Under the pieces are notes generated by a model. The model was not told where the DNA came from, searched no databases, and saw nothing but the letters and a program-made list of their open reading frames with translations. DNA of 64,000 nucleotides from Chromatiaceae bacterium (GTDB lineage Bacteria > Pseudomonadota > Gammaproteobacteria > Chromatiales > Chromatiaceae), in the NCBI GenBank assembly GCA_024235395.1, contig JACKMK010000001.1:58445-122444 (forward strand). The letters run 5' to 3'. Every line of letters starts with the position of its first letter. Position 1 is the stretch's first letter. Positions 20,857 to 31,478 of this stretch are shown in pieces. Made by a program: the position numbers and the translations under genes.

Positions 20857-20928
20857 GGGTACGCTCCTCGCCGGCACCATCGGATACAGCATAGCGTCGA
20901 CCACCACGATCGTCAGGCACTGGACGGT

Positions 20929-22830
20929 TCAGCCTTTCAGTTCCGGGCGGTCTATACCCCAGCGTTTGATGCGCGAAGCCAGCGTCGTGGGTTTCACCCC
21001 CAGGATCTCGGCCGCCCCTCCCGGCCCGAACACCTTCCCCCCGCTCCGCTGCAGTGCCTGTCGAATCGCCGCGCGGTCACGTTCGCGCCGCTGGTGCTCG
21101 GTCAACAGGCCGTCGGTCGGCACCGGCGTGACCGTCGCCGGTCGCTGGGGGACGTGCTGGACCTGCGGCAACTCGAGGCGCAGCTGGCTGCCGCGCGAGA
21201 TGATCACCGCACGTTCCAACACGTTCTCCAGTTCGCGCACATTGCCAGGCCAGTCGTATGCCTGCAGCCGCTGCACATCGGCGGTCGTCAGACGCAGCGG
21301 GTCGCGACCGAACCGCCGGCAGGCGTTATGCAGGAAATGCGATGCGAGCAGCGGAATGTCTTCCGGGCGTTCGCGCAGCGGCACCGAGGTGATCGGAAAG
21401 ACGTTGAGCCGGAAATACAGATCCTCCCGGAAACGTCCTGCGGCGACCTCCTTGCCGAGTTCGCGGTTGGTCGCCGCAATGATCCGCACATCGACGCTCA
21501 GGGTCTGATCGCTGCCGACCCGTTCGAACTGACCTTCCTGCAGCACACGCAACAGCTTGCTCTGAAGCTCGAGCGGGATCTCGCCGATCTCGTCGAGGAA
21601 CAAGGTACCGCCGTCTGCCAGTTCGAAGCGACCGGCGCGATCGCGCAATGCGCCGGTGAAGGCGCCGCGCACGTGACCGAAGAACTCGCTCTCGAAGAGC
21701 TCACGTGGCACCGCCGCGCAATTCACCCGGATCAGGGGTCGCGCGCTGCGCGCGCTGCTTTGATGGATCGCGCGCGCGATCAGTTCCTTGCCGGTACCGG
21801 ACTCCCCGACGATCAACACCGCTGCATCGGTTGGGGCCACCATCTCGATCTTGTGGATCGTGCGGCGCAACGCCTCGCTACGGCCGACGATCTCCTGGTA
21901 ATTGTGATCACCGCGGATCTCCTCCTGCAGGTAGGCGTTTTCCATCTCCAGGCGCTGTTTCAGCCGTTCGAGCTCGTCGAGCGCCTGGTGTAGTCGGCGC
22001 TCGGTCTCCTTGCGTTCACTGACGTCGCGAAACACCACGACCGCACCGACCAGTTCACCGCCCTGGCGGATCGGAGTACTGGTGTATTCGACCGGGATCG
22101 GGCTACCGTCTTTGCACCAGAACACTTCGTTCTGTACCTGGTGAACGGCACCGTCCTTGAACGCCGCGTAGATCGGGCAGTCGCCCACCGGGTAATGGCT
22201 GCCATCGGCATGCGTGTGGTGCAGCACACGGTGCATGTTCTCGCCGACCAGTTCGGCCGCCGAGTAACCCAGCATGCGCTGCGCAGCCGGGTTCACGAAG
22301 GTCGTCGTGCCCTCGGTGTTGACGCCATAGATCCCCTCGCCGGCCGCCTGCAGGATCAACTGGTTTTCTTGCTCGATCTCCTCGAACAGGCGCTGCACAC
22401 GGCGCCATTCGGACAGACCGCGACGCACGAACTCGTTCGCCTCGCTCGCCGCCTGCTGATGGTCCTGATGCTCGATGTCGCGCAACGCCAGCAACAGGGC
22501 CGCACCGTTGCGTGTCTGCACGCGCGTGGCACGGCAGGTCACCTCGCGCACCCGGCCATCGAGGGTGTGACATTGGAGGGCATCACTCCAGCCGCTGCCC
22601 TTCTCGAGTACCGCCTCGGTGAACACGATCAGTTCGGCGGTCTGCTCACCAAACAACCGGCTCGGCACCAATCCGTGCAGGTCGTCACTGCCACAACCCA
22701 GAAGCGTCCGACATTCGGCGTTGGCGGCGAGCAGCCGATCGGCGAACGGATCGATCAACGCCTGGGCCTCCGGCGAATGTTCGAACAGATCCGCCGCCGG
22801 CAACATGGCTGCGTCCACGCCGTCGCGCAT
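20929..22830 (-). CDS. PAS-PAS sigma-54 enhancer-binding transcriptional activator
   Basis: [25 protein letters not shown]-terminal HTH, two PAS domains. Confidence 0.95.
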   Translation of the reverse strand: MRDGVDAAMLPAADLFEHSPEAQALIDPFADRLLAANAECRTLLGCGSDDLHGLVPSRLFGEQTAELIVFTEAVLEKGSGWSDALQCHTLDGRVREVTCRATRVQTRNGAALLLALRDIEHQDHQQAASEANEFVRRGLSEWRRVQRLFEEIEQENQLILQAAGEGIYGVNTEGTTTFVNPAAQRMLGYSAAELVGENMHRVLHHTHADGSHYPVGDCPIYAAFKDGAVHQVQNEVFWCKDGSPIPVEYTSTPIRQGGELVGAVVVFRDVSERKETERRLHQALDELERLKQRLEMENAYLQEEIRGDHNYQEIVGRSEALRRTIHKIEMVAPTDAAVLIVGESGTGKELIARAIHQSSARSARPLIRVNCAAVPRELFESEFFGHVRGAFTGALRDRAGRFELADGGTLFLDEIGEIPLELQSKLLRVLQEGQFERVGSDQTLSVDVRIIAATNRELGKEVAAGRFREDLYFRLNVFPITSVPLRERPEDIPLLASHFLHNACRRFGRDPLRLTTADVQRLQAYDWPGNVRELENVLERAVIISRGSQLRLELPQVQHVPQRPATVTPVPTDGLLTEHQRRERDRAAIRQALQRSGGKVFGPGGAAEILGVKPTTLASRIKRWGIDRPELKG

Positions 22831-22839
22831 CAGGCACTT

Positions 22840-22895
22840 CTACGCAATTGCGTAGGCAACGCTACGCAGACGCGCGAATCACGCAAATGCGTAGC
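22840..22895. promoter_or_regulatory. Tandem palindromic enhancer-like sites
   Basis: CTACGCAATTGCGTAG (perfect palindrome, 22840-55), GCTACGCAG (22861-69) and CACGCAAATGCGTAGC (22880-95). Confidence 0.6.
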
Positions 22896-22963
22896 GCTAT
22901 GGATTGCGTTGGGACGCGTGGCAATCCTCATCTTTTCAGCCATTTAGCGTGAACTCTCCCGGT

Positions 22964-22979
22964 TGGCACGGTGCCTGCC
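22964..22979 (+). promoter_or_regulatory. Sigma-54 (-24/-12) promoter for the cyanate operon
   Basis: TGGCACGGTGCCTGCC: GG-N10-GC, 70-125 nt downstream of the palindromes. Confidence 0.65.
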
Positions 22980-23213
22980 TAGGTACTGATGGCCGTGGAC
23001 GGCCCTGACCGCATCGTGATGTCGCCTGTCGGCGGAACGCACCGTATCGGTGCGCACACCGCCCCATCATGCGCATCCATGCGCCGAAATCGGTCCATCG
23101 GTGCGCCGCATTCGCGCGAATGCGGCGTCCAGCCGAATACGAGCAGGGGTTGTGCCAATCGTCGGCAGCCGTGCCACAGCGAGTTTCTTGCAACGTTGGT
23201 TTAGGGGAGAGCG

Positions 23214-24722
23214 ATGTCTTTCAAAAGTCTGGGAAACCCCTTCGATGGGGAATCCGATCTCACGCATGGCCCCGGTTGTTCCTGTCCGATCTGCGTTTTC
23301 GCGCGCGAACAGGTGCAGGCGGAGTACGAGTGTTCAGAGACGGAACTCACCGAACGATTGGAACGAGCGGTGTTCGAGGAGGTGGACCAGCCGCAGAGGG
23401 ATATGCCGCTGCAGGCCGCGACGCGGGTCGGTGACCGCGTGCCCGAAGACCGCACGCTGGACTCACCCGAAGACGTCATGGACCGGGTGATCGAAAGCGC
23501 GGTGGTGCGTTCTGTGTTCGGCCATCACGAGCCCAGCCGACGCCAGTTCATGCGCATGATCGGCGGCGGCACCATGGCCGCGATCTTTGGCGCGATGTTC
23601 CCGATGGAAGCGGCCAAGGCCGCAATCAAGGAGACGCTCGGCAAGCCGGAGAAGGCGAAGCTCAAGATCGGCTTCGTACCGATCACCTGCGCGACGCCGA
23701 TCATCATGTCGCACCCGATGGGTTTCTACTCCAAGTACGGACTGGATGTCGACGTGATCAAGACCGCGGGCTGGGCCGTTGCGCGCGACAAGTCCCTTGC
23801 GGGTGAATACGACGCGTCCCACATGCTGACGCCGATGCCATTGGCGATGTCGATGGGTGCCGGGTCGACCGCGATGCCGTTCCGCATGCCGCTGGTCGAG
23901 AACATCAACGGCCAGGCGATCGTGTTGCACGTCAAGCACAAGGACAAACGTGATCCCAAGCAGTGGAAGGGCTTCAAGTTCGGTGTGCCGTTCGACTATT
24001 CGATGCACAACTTTCTGCTGCGCTACTATGTCGCGGAACATGGCCTGGACCCGGATCAGGACATCCAGATCCGCGTCGTGCCACCGCCCGAGATGGTCGC
24101 CAATCTACGCGCCGGCAACCTCGACGGATACCTTTCCCCCGACCCGTTCAATCAACGCGCGGTGTGGGAGAAGGTCGGCTTTCTGCACACGCTGACCAAG
24201 GACATCTGGGAGGGGCATCCCTGCTGCGCCTTCGCGTGCTCGGAAAAGTTCACGGTCGAGCTGCCCAACACCTACGGTGCGTTGATGAAGGCGATCGTCG
24301 ACGCGACGGCCTATTCGCAGAAGCCCGAGAACCGACTTGAGATCGCGAAGGCGATCGCGCCGAAGAACTATCTCAACCAGCCCGAGCCGGTGATTGCCCA
24401 GGTGTTGACCGGCAAATACGCGGACGGCCTCGGCAACGTCAAGAACGATCCCAAGCGAATCGACTTCGATCCGTTCCCGTGGCATTCGATGGGCGTCTGG
24501 ATCCTTACGCAGATGAAGCGCTGGGGTTACATCAAGGGCGATATCGACTACAAGAAGATCGCCGAAGAAGTCTACCTCGCCGCCGATGCCACGCGCATCA
24601 TGCACGACCTCGGATACGACGCGCCGGATCATACCTATGAGAAGTACACGATCATGGGCAAGGAGTTCGATCCGGACAACGCCGAGGCGTACGTCAACAG
24701 CTTCGCCATCAAACGCGTTTGA
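23214..24722 (+). CDS. CmpA/NrtA-family ABC substrate-binding protein (cyanate transport likely)
   Basis: LKIGFVPITCATP, ENINGQAI, FDYSMHNFLLRYY; in an operon with cynS. Confidence 0.9.
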   Translation: MSFKSLGNPFDGESDLTHGPGCSCPICVFAREQVQAEYECSETELTERLERAVFEEVDQPQRDMPLQAATRVGDRVPEDRTLDSPEDVMDRVIESAVVRSVFGHHEPSRRQFMRMIGGGTMAAIFGAMFPMEAAKAAIKETLGKPEKAKLKIGFVPITCATPIIMSHPMGFYSKYGLDVDVIKTAGWAVARDKSLAGEYDASHMLTPMPLAMSMGAGSTAMPFRMPLVENINGQAIVLHVKHKDKRDPKQWKGFKFGVPFDYSMHNFLLRYYVAEHGLDPDQDIQIRVVPPPEMVANLRAGNLDGYLSPDPFNQRAVWEKVGFLHTLTKDIWEGHPCCAFACSEKFTVELPNTYGALMKAIVDATAYSQKPENRLEIAKAIAPKNYLNQPEPVIAQVLTGKYADGLGNVKNDPKRIDFDPFPWHSMGVWILTQMKRWGYIKGDIDYKKIAEEVYLAADATRIMHDLGYDAPDHTYEKYTIMGKEFDPDNAEAYVNSFAIKRV

Positions 24723-24768
24723 GTCCAATGGACCGGGGAGGCACGCCCTCCCCGTATGAGGTTTTTCG

Positions 24769-25599
24769 ATGCTGCAATCACTCAACCTGCGCGCCGCCCT
24801 GGTTTCGATCGGCATCCTGGTACTCGTTCTCGGCGTATGGGAGATCCTGAATCGTCCGCCGGAATCCAGCCAGGCACTGACCGAATACGAGATCCTGATG
24901 GGCGGTGCCGACCAGGAGGCGCGCGTCCCGCCGCCATCCGATGTCGCCAGACTGGCGTTCGAGGAACTGTCCAACCCGTTCTACGACGCGGGCCCCAACG
25001 ACAAGGGCATCGGAATCCAGCTCGCCTATTCGATCTACCGCGTGCTCGCGGGCTATCTGATCGCCGCGCTGATTGCCATCCCGATCGGCTTCCTGATCGG
25101 CATGTCGCCGCTGATGTACAAGGCGCTCAATCCGTTCATCCAGGTGCTTCGGCCAATCTCGCCACTGGCGTGGATGCCGCTGGCATTGTTCATCATCAAG
25201 GATTCCGAGGCGTCGTCGATCTTCGTGATCTTCATCTGCTCGATCTGGCCGATGCTGATCAATACGGCGTTCGGCGTCGCCGGTGTACGCAAGGACTGGG
25301 TGAATGTCGCGCGCACCCATGAACTGTCACCGCTGCGTACCGCGTTGACAGTGATCCTGCCTGCCGCCGCTCCAACCATCCTAACCGGCATGCGCATCTC
25401 GATCGGTATCGCCTGGCTGGTGATTGTCGCCGCCGAGATGCTGGTCGGTGGTACAGGGATCGGCTACTACGTGTGGAACGAATGGAACAACCTCGACCTC
25501 GCCAGCGTGATCTTCTCGATCCTGATGATCGGTCTGGTCGGCATGGTGCTCGACCTCGTGTTGTCCGCCGCCACCCGCCTCGTGCAGTACGAAGAGTGA
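24769..25599 (+). CDS. Nitrate/cyanate ABC permease (NtrB/CynB-like)
   Basis: LRPISPLAWMP, GMRISIGIAWLVIVAAEM. Confidence 0.9.
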   Translation: MLQSLNLRAALVSIGILVLVLGVWEILNRPPESSQALTEYEILMGGADQEARVPPPSDVARLAFEELSNPFYDAGPNDKGIGIQLAYSIYRVLAGYLIAALIAIPIGFLIGMSPLMYKALNPFIQVLRPISPLAWMPLALFIIKDSEASSIFVIFICSIWPMLINTAFGVAGVRKDWVNVARTHELSPLRTALTVILPAAAPTILTGMRISIGIAWLVIVAAEMLVGGTGIGYYVWNEWNNLDLASVIFSILMIGLVGMVLDLVLSAATRLVQYEE

Positions 25600-25609
25600 G
25601 ACGGTCACC

Positions 25610-26521
25610 ATGAACAGACATTTCCTCGAGATCGAGAACCTGAGTCGTCGCTTTCCCGGCAAAGAAGGAGAACTCACCGTCTTCGAGCACGCGAACTTCA
25701 GCATCGACAAGGGCGAGTTCGTCTGCATCATCGGCCATTCGGGCTGCGGCAAGTCGACCATCATGAACGTGCTCGCCGGATTGGACGCACCAACCGAAGG
25801 CAACGTGTTCATGGACGGCCAGGAAGTGGCAGGTCCCAGCCTCGATCGTGGCGTGGTGTTTCAGAACTACTCGCTGCTGCCGTGGTTGAGCGCCCTGCAC
25901 AATGTGACCTTTGCGGTGCGTTCGCGTTGGCCTGGCTGGAGCAAGGAACAGGTACGCGCACACAGCTACAAGTACCTGGAGATGGTCGGCCTGGGCGGCG
26001 GTGCGGAACTGCGCAAACCGGCGCAGCTGTCGGGAGGCATGCGTCAGCGCGTATCGATCGCACGGGCATTCGCGATCCAGCCCAAACTGCTGTTGCTCGA
26101 CGAACCCTTCGGCGCCCTCGATGCCTTGACGCGCGGCACCATTCAGGATGAGTTGCTTAAGATCTGTGATGCGACCCACCAGACGGTTTTCATGATCACC
26201 CATGACGTCGACGAGGCGATCCTGCTGGCGGACCGCATCCTGTTGATGACCAACGGCCCCTATGCGCGGGTCGCCGAGTCCGTCAAGGTCGACCTGGCAA
26301 AGCCGCGGCTGCGCGGCCAGATCATTCACGATCCCGGCTACTACCCGATCCGCAACCACCTCGTCGACTTCCTGGTACGGCGTTCCGAGGAACTCTCCGG
26401 TGCAACCCAGCTGGATCGGCAAAATGACGACCCGGCGGCACCGCCGGTCGAGGTGAACCCGGCGCTCGATGCCGCGGCCTCGATGTCCGGACCCGCTCGC
26501 AACAGTGTGCGTGCAGGATGA
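25610..26521 (+). CDS. Nitrate/cyanate ABC ATP-binding subunit
   Basis: GHSGCGKST, LSGGMRQR, LLLDEPF. Confidence 0.93.
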   Translation: MNRHFLEIENLSRRFPGKEGELTVFEHANFSIDKGEFVCIIGHSGCGKSTIMNVLAGLDAPTEGNVFMDGQEVAGPSLDRGVVFQNYSLLPWLSALHNVTFAVRSRWPGWSKEQVRAHSYKYLEMVGLGGGAELRKPAQLSGGMRQRVSIARAFAIQPKLLLLDEPFGALDALTRGTIQDELLKICDATHQTVFMITHDVDEAILLADRILLMTNGPYARVAESVKVDLAKPRLRGQIIHDPGYYPIRNHLVDFLVRRSEELSGATQLDRQNDDPAAPPVEVNPALDAAASMSGPARNSVRAG

Positions 26522-26552
26522 TTCCCCAACACGATGACCGAGAGACCAATCG

Positions 26553-27953
26553 ATGACAGCCTGTCCGACAGAATCGTCCGCACTGCATCCGCCCACCGCC
26601 GAGCCTGCCGGCGACGGCCGCGTACCCGTCACTGTGCTGACCGGGTTTCTGGGTGCCGGCAAGACCACGCTGCTGAACCGTATCCTGACGGAGCGGCACG
26701 GCAAGCGCATCGCGGTGATCGAGAACGAATATGGTGAGATCGGCATAGACCACGAGCTGGTCGTGCAGTCCGATGAAGAGATCTTCGAAATGAACAACGG
26801 CTGCATCTGCTGCACCGTGCGCGGCGATCTCATTCGTATCCTCGGTCGATTGATGCGGCGTAGACAGCGCTTCGATCACATCATCATCGAGACCACCGGC
26901 ATGGCGGACCCCGGACCGGTTGCGCAGACCTTCTTCATGGACGACGAAATGAAGGCCAAGCTGCGGCTCGACGCGATCGTCACGCTGGTCGATGCACGAC
27001 ACGTGCTGCAGCATCTAGACAGCGACGAATGCCATGCGCAGCTCGCCTTCGCCGACGTGATCGTGCTGAACAAGATCGACCTGGTCGACGCCGAAGCGCA
27101 TGCAGTACTCGAACAACGGATTCGCCAAGTCAACCGCCTCGCCCAGATCCATCCCGCGGCTTACGGAGCCGTCGCGCTCGATCGTCTGCTCGACATCCGC
27201 GCCTTCGACCTCGCGTCCCGCACTGCCGAGCAGCCCGAGTTTCTGCAGGAAGAGCTGCCGTTCGAATGGGCCGGCGTGTACGACCTGGTTGTAGGACGCT
27301 ATCAGCTGGATCTGCAACCCGGCCCCGATCCGACCATCGATCTGGTGCTCGACGGGCCCGGCCTGGAGCATCCGGGCGCGTTTGATGCCAGCAAGCGCGC
27401 CGCGATGCTCTCGTACTCCGCGGATCCGTGTCCGCTGGTCGAAGCAGCGTCGCTCGTACCCGACCGGCGACTCTACCGGCTTGCAATAGACCCGCTCACG
27501 GGCGCACACCCATCGATCGAGATCCGCGCGAGCGGGCGCTACGTGTTGTTCAGCCAACACCTTCCCGAGGAATTCGCGCTGTCATTGCGCGACGCTGCCG
27601 CAGTGTCGCTGACGCCCACCGCGACGTACCGCTACGCCAGCCCGCACAGCCACGACACCAGCGTCGGCTCGGTGGGTCTCCGTGTGCAGGGCGACCTCGA
27701 CCCGGCACGGTTCGAGACCTGGATGGTCGACCTGTTGCGGCGCCGCGGGGCCGACATATTCCGTACCAAGGGGGTGCTGAGCATCGCCGGCGACGACCAC
27801 CGGTTCGTTTTCCAGGGTGTGCACATGCTGTTCGACGGACAGGCTGGCCGGGCATGGGAACAGGACAGCCTTCGCGAAAGCCAGCTCGTCTTCATCGGCC
27901 GTGACCTGGATCGAGCGGCACTCAGCGACGGACTGAACGCATGTCTGGCCTAG
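26553..27953 (+). CDS. COG0523 (CobW-like) G3E GTPase metallochaperone
   Basis: [28 protein letters not shown], CobW_C (RTKGVL...FQGVH). Confidence 0.92.
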   Translation: MTACPTESSALHPPTAEPAGDGRVPVTVLTGFLGAGKTTLLNRILTERHGKRIAVIENEYGEIGIDHELVVQSDEEIFEMNNGCICCTVRGDLIRILGRLMRRRQRFDHIIIETTGMADPGPVAQTFFMDDEMKAKLRLDAIVTLVDARHVLQHLDSDECHAQLAFADVIVLNKIDLVDAEAHAVLEQRIRQVNRLAQIHPAAYGAVALDRLLDIRAFDLASRTAEQPEFLQEELPFEWAGVYDLVVGRYQLDLQPGPDPTIDLVLDGPGLEHPGAFDASKRAAMLSYSADPCPLVEAASLVPDRRLYRLAIDPLTGAHPSIEIRASGRYVLFSQHLPEEFALSLRDAAAVSLTPTATYRYASPHSHDTSVGSVGLRVQGDLDPARFETWMVDLLRRRGADIFRTKGVLSIAGDDHRFVFQGVHMLFDGQAGRAWEQDSLRESQLVFIGRDLDRAALSDGLNACLA

Positions 27954-29041
27954 CTGCTGTCCAGGACCCCGCCCCGTTCGGCGTCCACGGCACGCTGGCG
28001 GTCGAGGACGCGGTCACCACACTGGCGTGGCGACCCGACGGCAGTGCGTTGTACGTCGGCAATGCAGCGGGCGGCCTGCGCTGCCTCGACGCCCACGGCG
28101 CCACCCGGTTCGCATGGCAGGCGCACCAGGGCGGCGTCACCCGGATCGCCTTGCAACCGGGCGACCCCGAGGTGCTGGCGACCGCCGGTGAAGATGGCCG
28201 TGTCGTGCTCTGGAACGCAAACAGCGGGGAGCAGACCGCCGTGCTGGCCAGCGAGAATGGTTGGGTCGAGCACCTCGCCTGGACGTCCAACGGCGAGGTC
28301 CTGGCGGCCGCAGCGCGCAGGACCATCTCGCTGTGGCGTGGCACCGAGTCTCTCGGGGTCTGGTACGACGCGCGCCGGCAGGTGCTGGCGATGTCTTGGG
28401 CGCCTGATGGTCGACGGCTCGCGACCGCCGCGAACAAGGGCCTGTATCTCTGGCACCTGGACTACGCCGGTGAGGACGGTGCGCAACCGATGCAGCTGTT
28501 GAGTTTTCCCGGCGCACCGATCGCACTCGCCTGGCAACGTGACAGCCGCGCGCTGGCGGTCGGCACACAGGACGGCTATCTGCAGGTGTGGCAGCCCGCC
28601 AGGCCCGACCGGGGCGGATCACAGGGCAAGGCCCGCCAACTGACGATGCGCGGGTACCCCGGCACGGTGGATTGTCTCGCCTGGCACCCGCGCCGCGCGT
28701 TGATCGCGACCGCCGGGGGCCACGACGTGGTCCTTTGGGAGATGCCCGCCGCCGGACAGAACGCACGCGGGCGCCCGCTGCGCCATCACCGTGAAACCGT
28801 GACCGCATTGAACTGGTCCGGCGACGGCGAGTACCTGGCCTCGGCCGATCGCGGGGGCCGCCTGTGCATCTGGAACCTGGACGGCGACGCGGTTTTCAGC
28901 CTGCGGGCCGGCAACGAGGTCACTGCGTTGACCTGGCGATCCGATGGCAGCGCGCTGGCCGTCGGCGACATCGACGGCGGAATCTCGCTGCTCCACAGAG
29001 ATCCCTCGACCAACCCAACGACTACTGCACCCATCGATTAG
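27941..29041 (+). CDS. WD40 repeat beta-propeller protein
   Basis: About seven xAWxPDG repeats with ATAG.DG.V.LW segments. Confidence 0.88.
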   Translation: MSGLAAVQDPAPFGVHGTLAVEDAVTTLAWRPDGSALYVGNAAGGLRCLDAHGATRFAWQAHQGGVTRIALQPGDPEVLATAGEDGRVVLWNANSGEQTAVLASENGWVEHLAWTSNGEVLAAAARRTISLWRGTESLGVWYDARRQVLAMSWAPDGRRLATAANKGLYLWHLDYAGEDGAQPMQLLSFPGAPIALAWQRDSRALAVGTQDGYLQVWQPARPDRGGSQGKARQLTMRGYPGTVDCLAWHPRRALIATAGGHDVVLWEMPAAGQNARGRPLRHHRETVTALNWSGDGEYLASADRGGRLCIWNLDGDAVFSLRAGNEVTALTWRSDGSALAVGDIDGGISLLHRDPSTNPTTTAPID

Positions 29042-29051
29042 GAGGCGCACC

Positions 29052-29492
29052 TTGAACAAAGACGACATGACGCTGGCCATCCTGGCCGCCCGCAAGAAGC
29101 TCGGCATGAGTTGGGAAGATCTGGCCGCCAAGGCAGGGCTCGCCCCGGTCTTCGTGACATCGGCGTGCCTCGGCATGAACAGCCTCAAACCGGAATACGC
29201 CGACAAGGTGGCGGCGGCGCTTGGCCTGGATGCCGAACTGAGCGAGGCGTTGCGGCAGTTTCCGCACAAGAAGTGGGACCAGATCGTCCCGACCGATCCT
29301 GTGATCTACCGCCTGTACGAGATCGTCGGTGTGTATGGCGAGACGATCAAGGAGATCATCCACGAGAAATTCGGCGACGGGATCATGTCGGCGATCGACT
29401 TCTCGATGCACATCGACAAGGAACAGAACCCGGCCGGCGACCGCGTCGTGGTGACCATGAACGGCAAGTTCCTGCCCTACAAATCCTGGTGA
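29052..29492 (+). CDS. cynS: Cyanate hydratase (cyanase)
   Basis: PTDPVIYRLYE, FGDGIMSAIDF, GKFLPY; TTG start after GGAGG. Confidence 0.96.
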   Translation: MNKDDMTLAILAARKKLGMSWEDLAAKAGLAPVFVTSACLGMNSLKPEYADKVAAALGLDAELSEALRQFPHKKWDQIVPTDPVIYRLYEIVGVYGETIKEIIHEKFGDGIMSAIDFSMHIDKEQNPAGDRVVVTMNGKFLPYKSW

Positions 29493-29530
29493 GCACTTCG
29501 CCCATCCACGCAACTTCGAGGTACACAGTC

Positions 29531-30184
29531 ATGACCCATGCACACGCACTGTTCGCTGAACGTCGCGCCCGCCTGAGCGGCGGCGCCGCGGTCGCCCTGA
29601 CCCTGGCAACCCCGCTCGCACACGCTCATCACGCCATGGGCGGTGCGATGCCAACCACCTTCGGCGAGGGCCTGATATCCGGGATCGCTCACCCGGTGAT
29701 CGGCCTCGATCATCTGGCTTTTCTGGTCGTCGCGGCACTGCTCAGCGCGACGCTGAGTGGACGCGCCCGCTATCTCGCACCGTTGGCATTCGTCGTCGCG
29801 ACGATCGCCGGCACCCTGTATCACCTCGGCGCCCATGAACTGCCGCTGGCCGAGACGGTGATCGCACTGTCGGCGCTGCTGGGCGGCGTCGCGGTAATGC
29901 TGAGAGGCAGCCTGCCCGCATTGATGACAGGCGTGGCGTTCGCCGTGATCGGCATCTTCCACGGCTATGCCTACGGCGAATCGATCATCGGTGCAGAGCA
30001 GACGCCGCTACTGTCCTACCTGGTCGGTTTCGGCCTGGTCCAGTACGCGATCATCGTCGGCGGCGCGCTGCTGTCGAGTCGAATCACCGCACAATCGCGC
30101 CAGTGGCAGCAGCGCGTGGCACGGTTCGGTGGCGGCTTTGCCGCGGCGATCGGTGTGCTGTTCCTCGGCCTCCAGCTCGCCTGA
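29531..30184 (+). CDS. HupE/UreJ family membrane protein
   Basis: AHAH, GIAHPVIGLDHL, GIFHGYAYG. Confidence 0.88.
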   Translation: MTHAHALFAERRARLSGGAAVALTLATPLAHAHHAMGGAMPTTFGEGLISGIAHPVIGLDHLAFLVVAALLSATLSGRARYLAPLAFVVATIAGTLYHLGAHELPLAETVIALSALLGGVAVMLRGSLPALMTGVAFAVIGIFHGYAYGESIIGAEQTPLLSYLVGFGLVQYAIIVGGALLSSRITAQSRQWQQRVARFGGGFAAAIGVLFLGLQLA

Positions 30185-30436
30185 CCCGTACCCTTCGGCC
30201 CGCCGCGCCGGTGTTCGGTGCGGTATGGGCCGTGGCGGCGTCAGCGATAGTCCCCGTCCGCCTAGAGACAGATCGATAAGGTCCTCACTCCCCAGCCCGG
30301 CTGCGAACATGAACGAGCTGATACCGGCAACCGGGCACGAACCCGACAGCGTTGGCAACCTTGCGAGTGCGCTTTCCGAGTTGGAACTGTCGCAAGCGGC
30401 ATCTGATATTCCTCGTCCAGGGAATCGAGAAGAAGA

Positions 30437-30533
30437 TGTCAGAATAATTTACAAATTTTTTTATCCGCGACGGTGCAATGCCGAAAAGCTCTAAATAACA
30501 TAGTGTATTAGCAACATTGGCCTTGATATTGCT
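30437..30533 (+). promoter_or_regulatory. Enhancer (TGT-N11-ACA containing TTTACA) plus sigma-54 promoter
   Basis: TGTcagaataatttACA at 30437-53; TTGGCCTTGATATTGCT with GG at 30519-20 and GC at 30531-32; AT-rich island. Confidence 0.65.
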
Positions 30534-30789
30534 TGGCGCCACTCAACGCTTTGTCGAATGCAATGCACAACGCTATTCGATTTGGTGAACGTGTCGTGCC
30601 GGTAACTTCTCGCACCGCGCACGAACTTCGCGGAAAGCGGAAGAGTAAGTAGTGAACAAGAACAAGAAACCCGAGACGAGGCGATCTGTTTATCCCGCCT
30701 GTACCTGTCGCCAGGTTGCGCAGCGATCCGCTTGCGCCTTTGTTCCGGTCCGCTGCTTCGATCTATTGATGATTGCATAGAGTAGCGGT

Positions 30790-31344
30790 TTGATGACATC
30801 CCATCGTTTGAGCTGGTTGGCTCTCCCCATACTGGCTGTCGCGTGCAGTTTGGCATCGGCAAGCCCTATAGATCTCTCCCAGTTCGATACCGTCGACAGC
30901 ACGGTCGTTGTGTTCGGACCCGACAATGCATCTGCCACGGTCACTGAAGACGACATCGACTTCTTGGCGCCGGTCGGCCTTTGGGATTTAGATCTGGCGA
31001 TACCGGCGGATGCCGACCTCCTGCGCTTCAGCTATGAACTGGTCGTGCCCGCTGATAATGAAGACTACTTCGATTTCTACTTCGGCGATCTTGCCGGCCC
31101 TCATCTGTCCTTCGGTGGCTACGAAGGCGTGTACAGCGGCACGGTCGAAGAGAGCCTGACGGCGTACCGCGGTGGCACCTTGGCGCTCGCGTTCGCGCTC
31201 AGTTTCGGTTTCGACGATTTTGGATTCGATTCAATCCTCACGATCAGCGATGTCGAGATATCGCAGCGCGAACAGGTGCCCCTACCGGCTAGCATCGTAT
31301 TGCTCAGCGCAGGACTGATTGGTTGGCGCACTGCGCGCCGATGA
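30790..31344 (+). CDS. VPLPA-CTERM (PEP-CTERM-like) sorting domain protein
   Basis: Signal peptide; C-terminus VPLPASIVLLSAGLIGWRTARR. Confidence 0.88.
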   Translation: MMTSHRLSWLALPILAVACSLASASPIDLSQFDTVDSTVVVFGPDNASATVTEDDIDFLAPVGLWDLDLAIPADADLLRFSYELVVPADNEDYFDFYFGDLAGPHLSFGGYEGVYSGTVEESLTAYRGGTLALAFALSFGFDDFGFDSILTISDVEISQREQVPLPASIVLLSAGLIGWRTARR

Positions 31345-31478
31345 ACCAGCGCATGTGCATCGCAATGCGCTACCAGGGATTATTTCTACGAGCTCACGCC
31401 TGAACCGGCCAGATCGGGCACGGCGTGCGCGCCGTCGTCTCAGCCGAGGCATCGCTAGCCAGACAAGGGAGTGGATCG

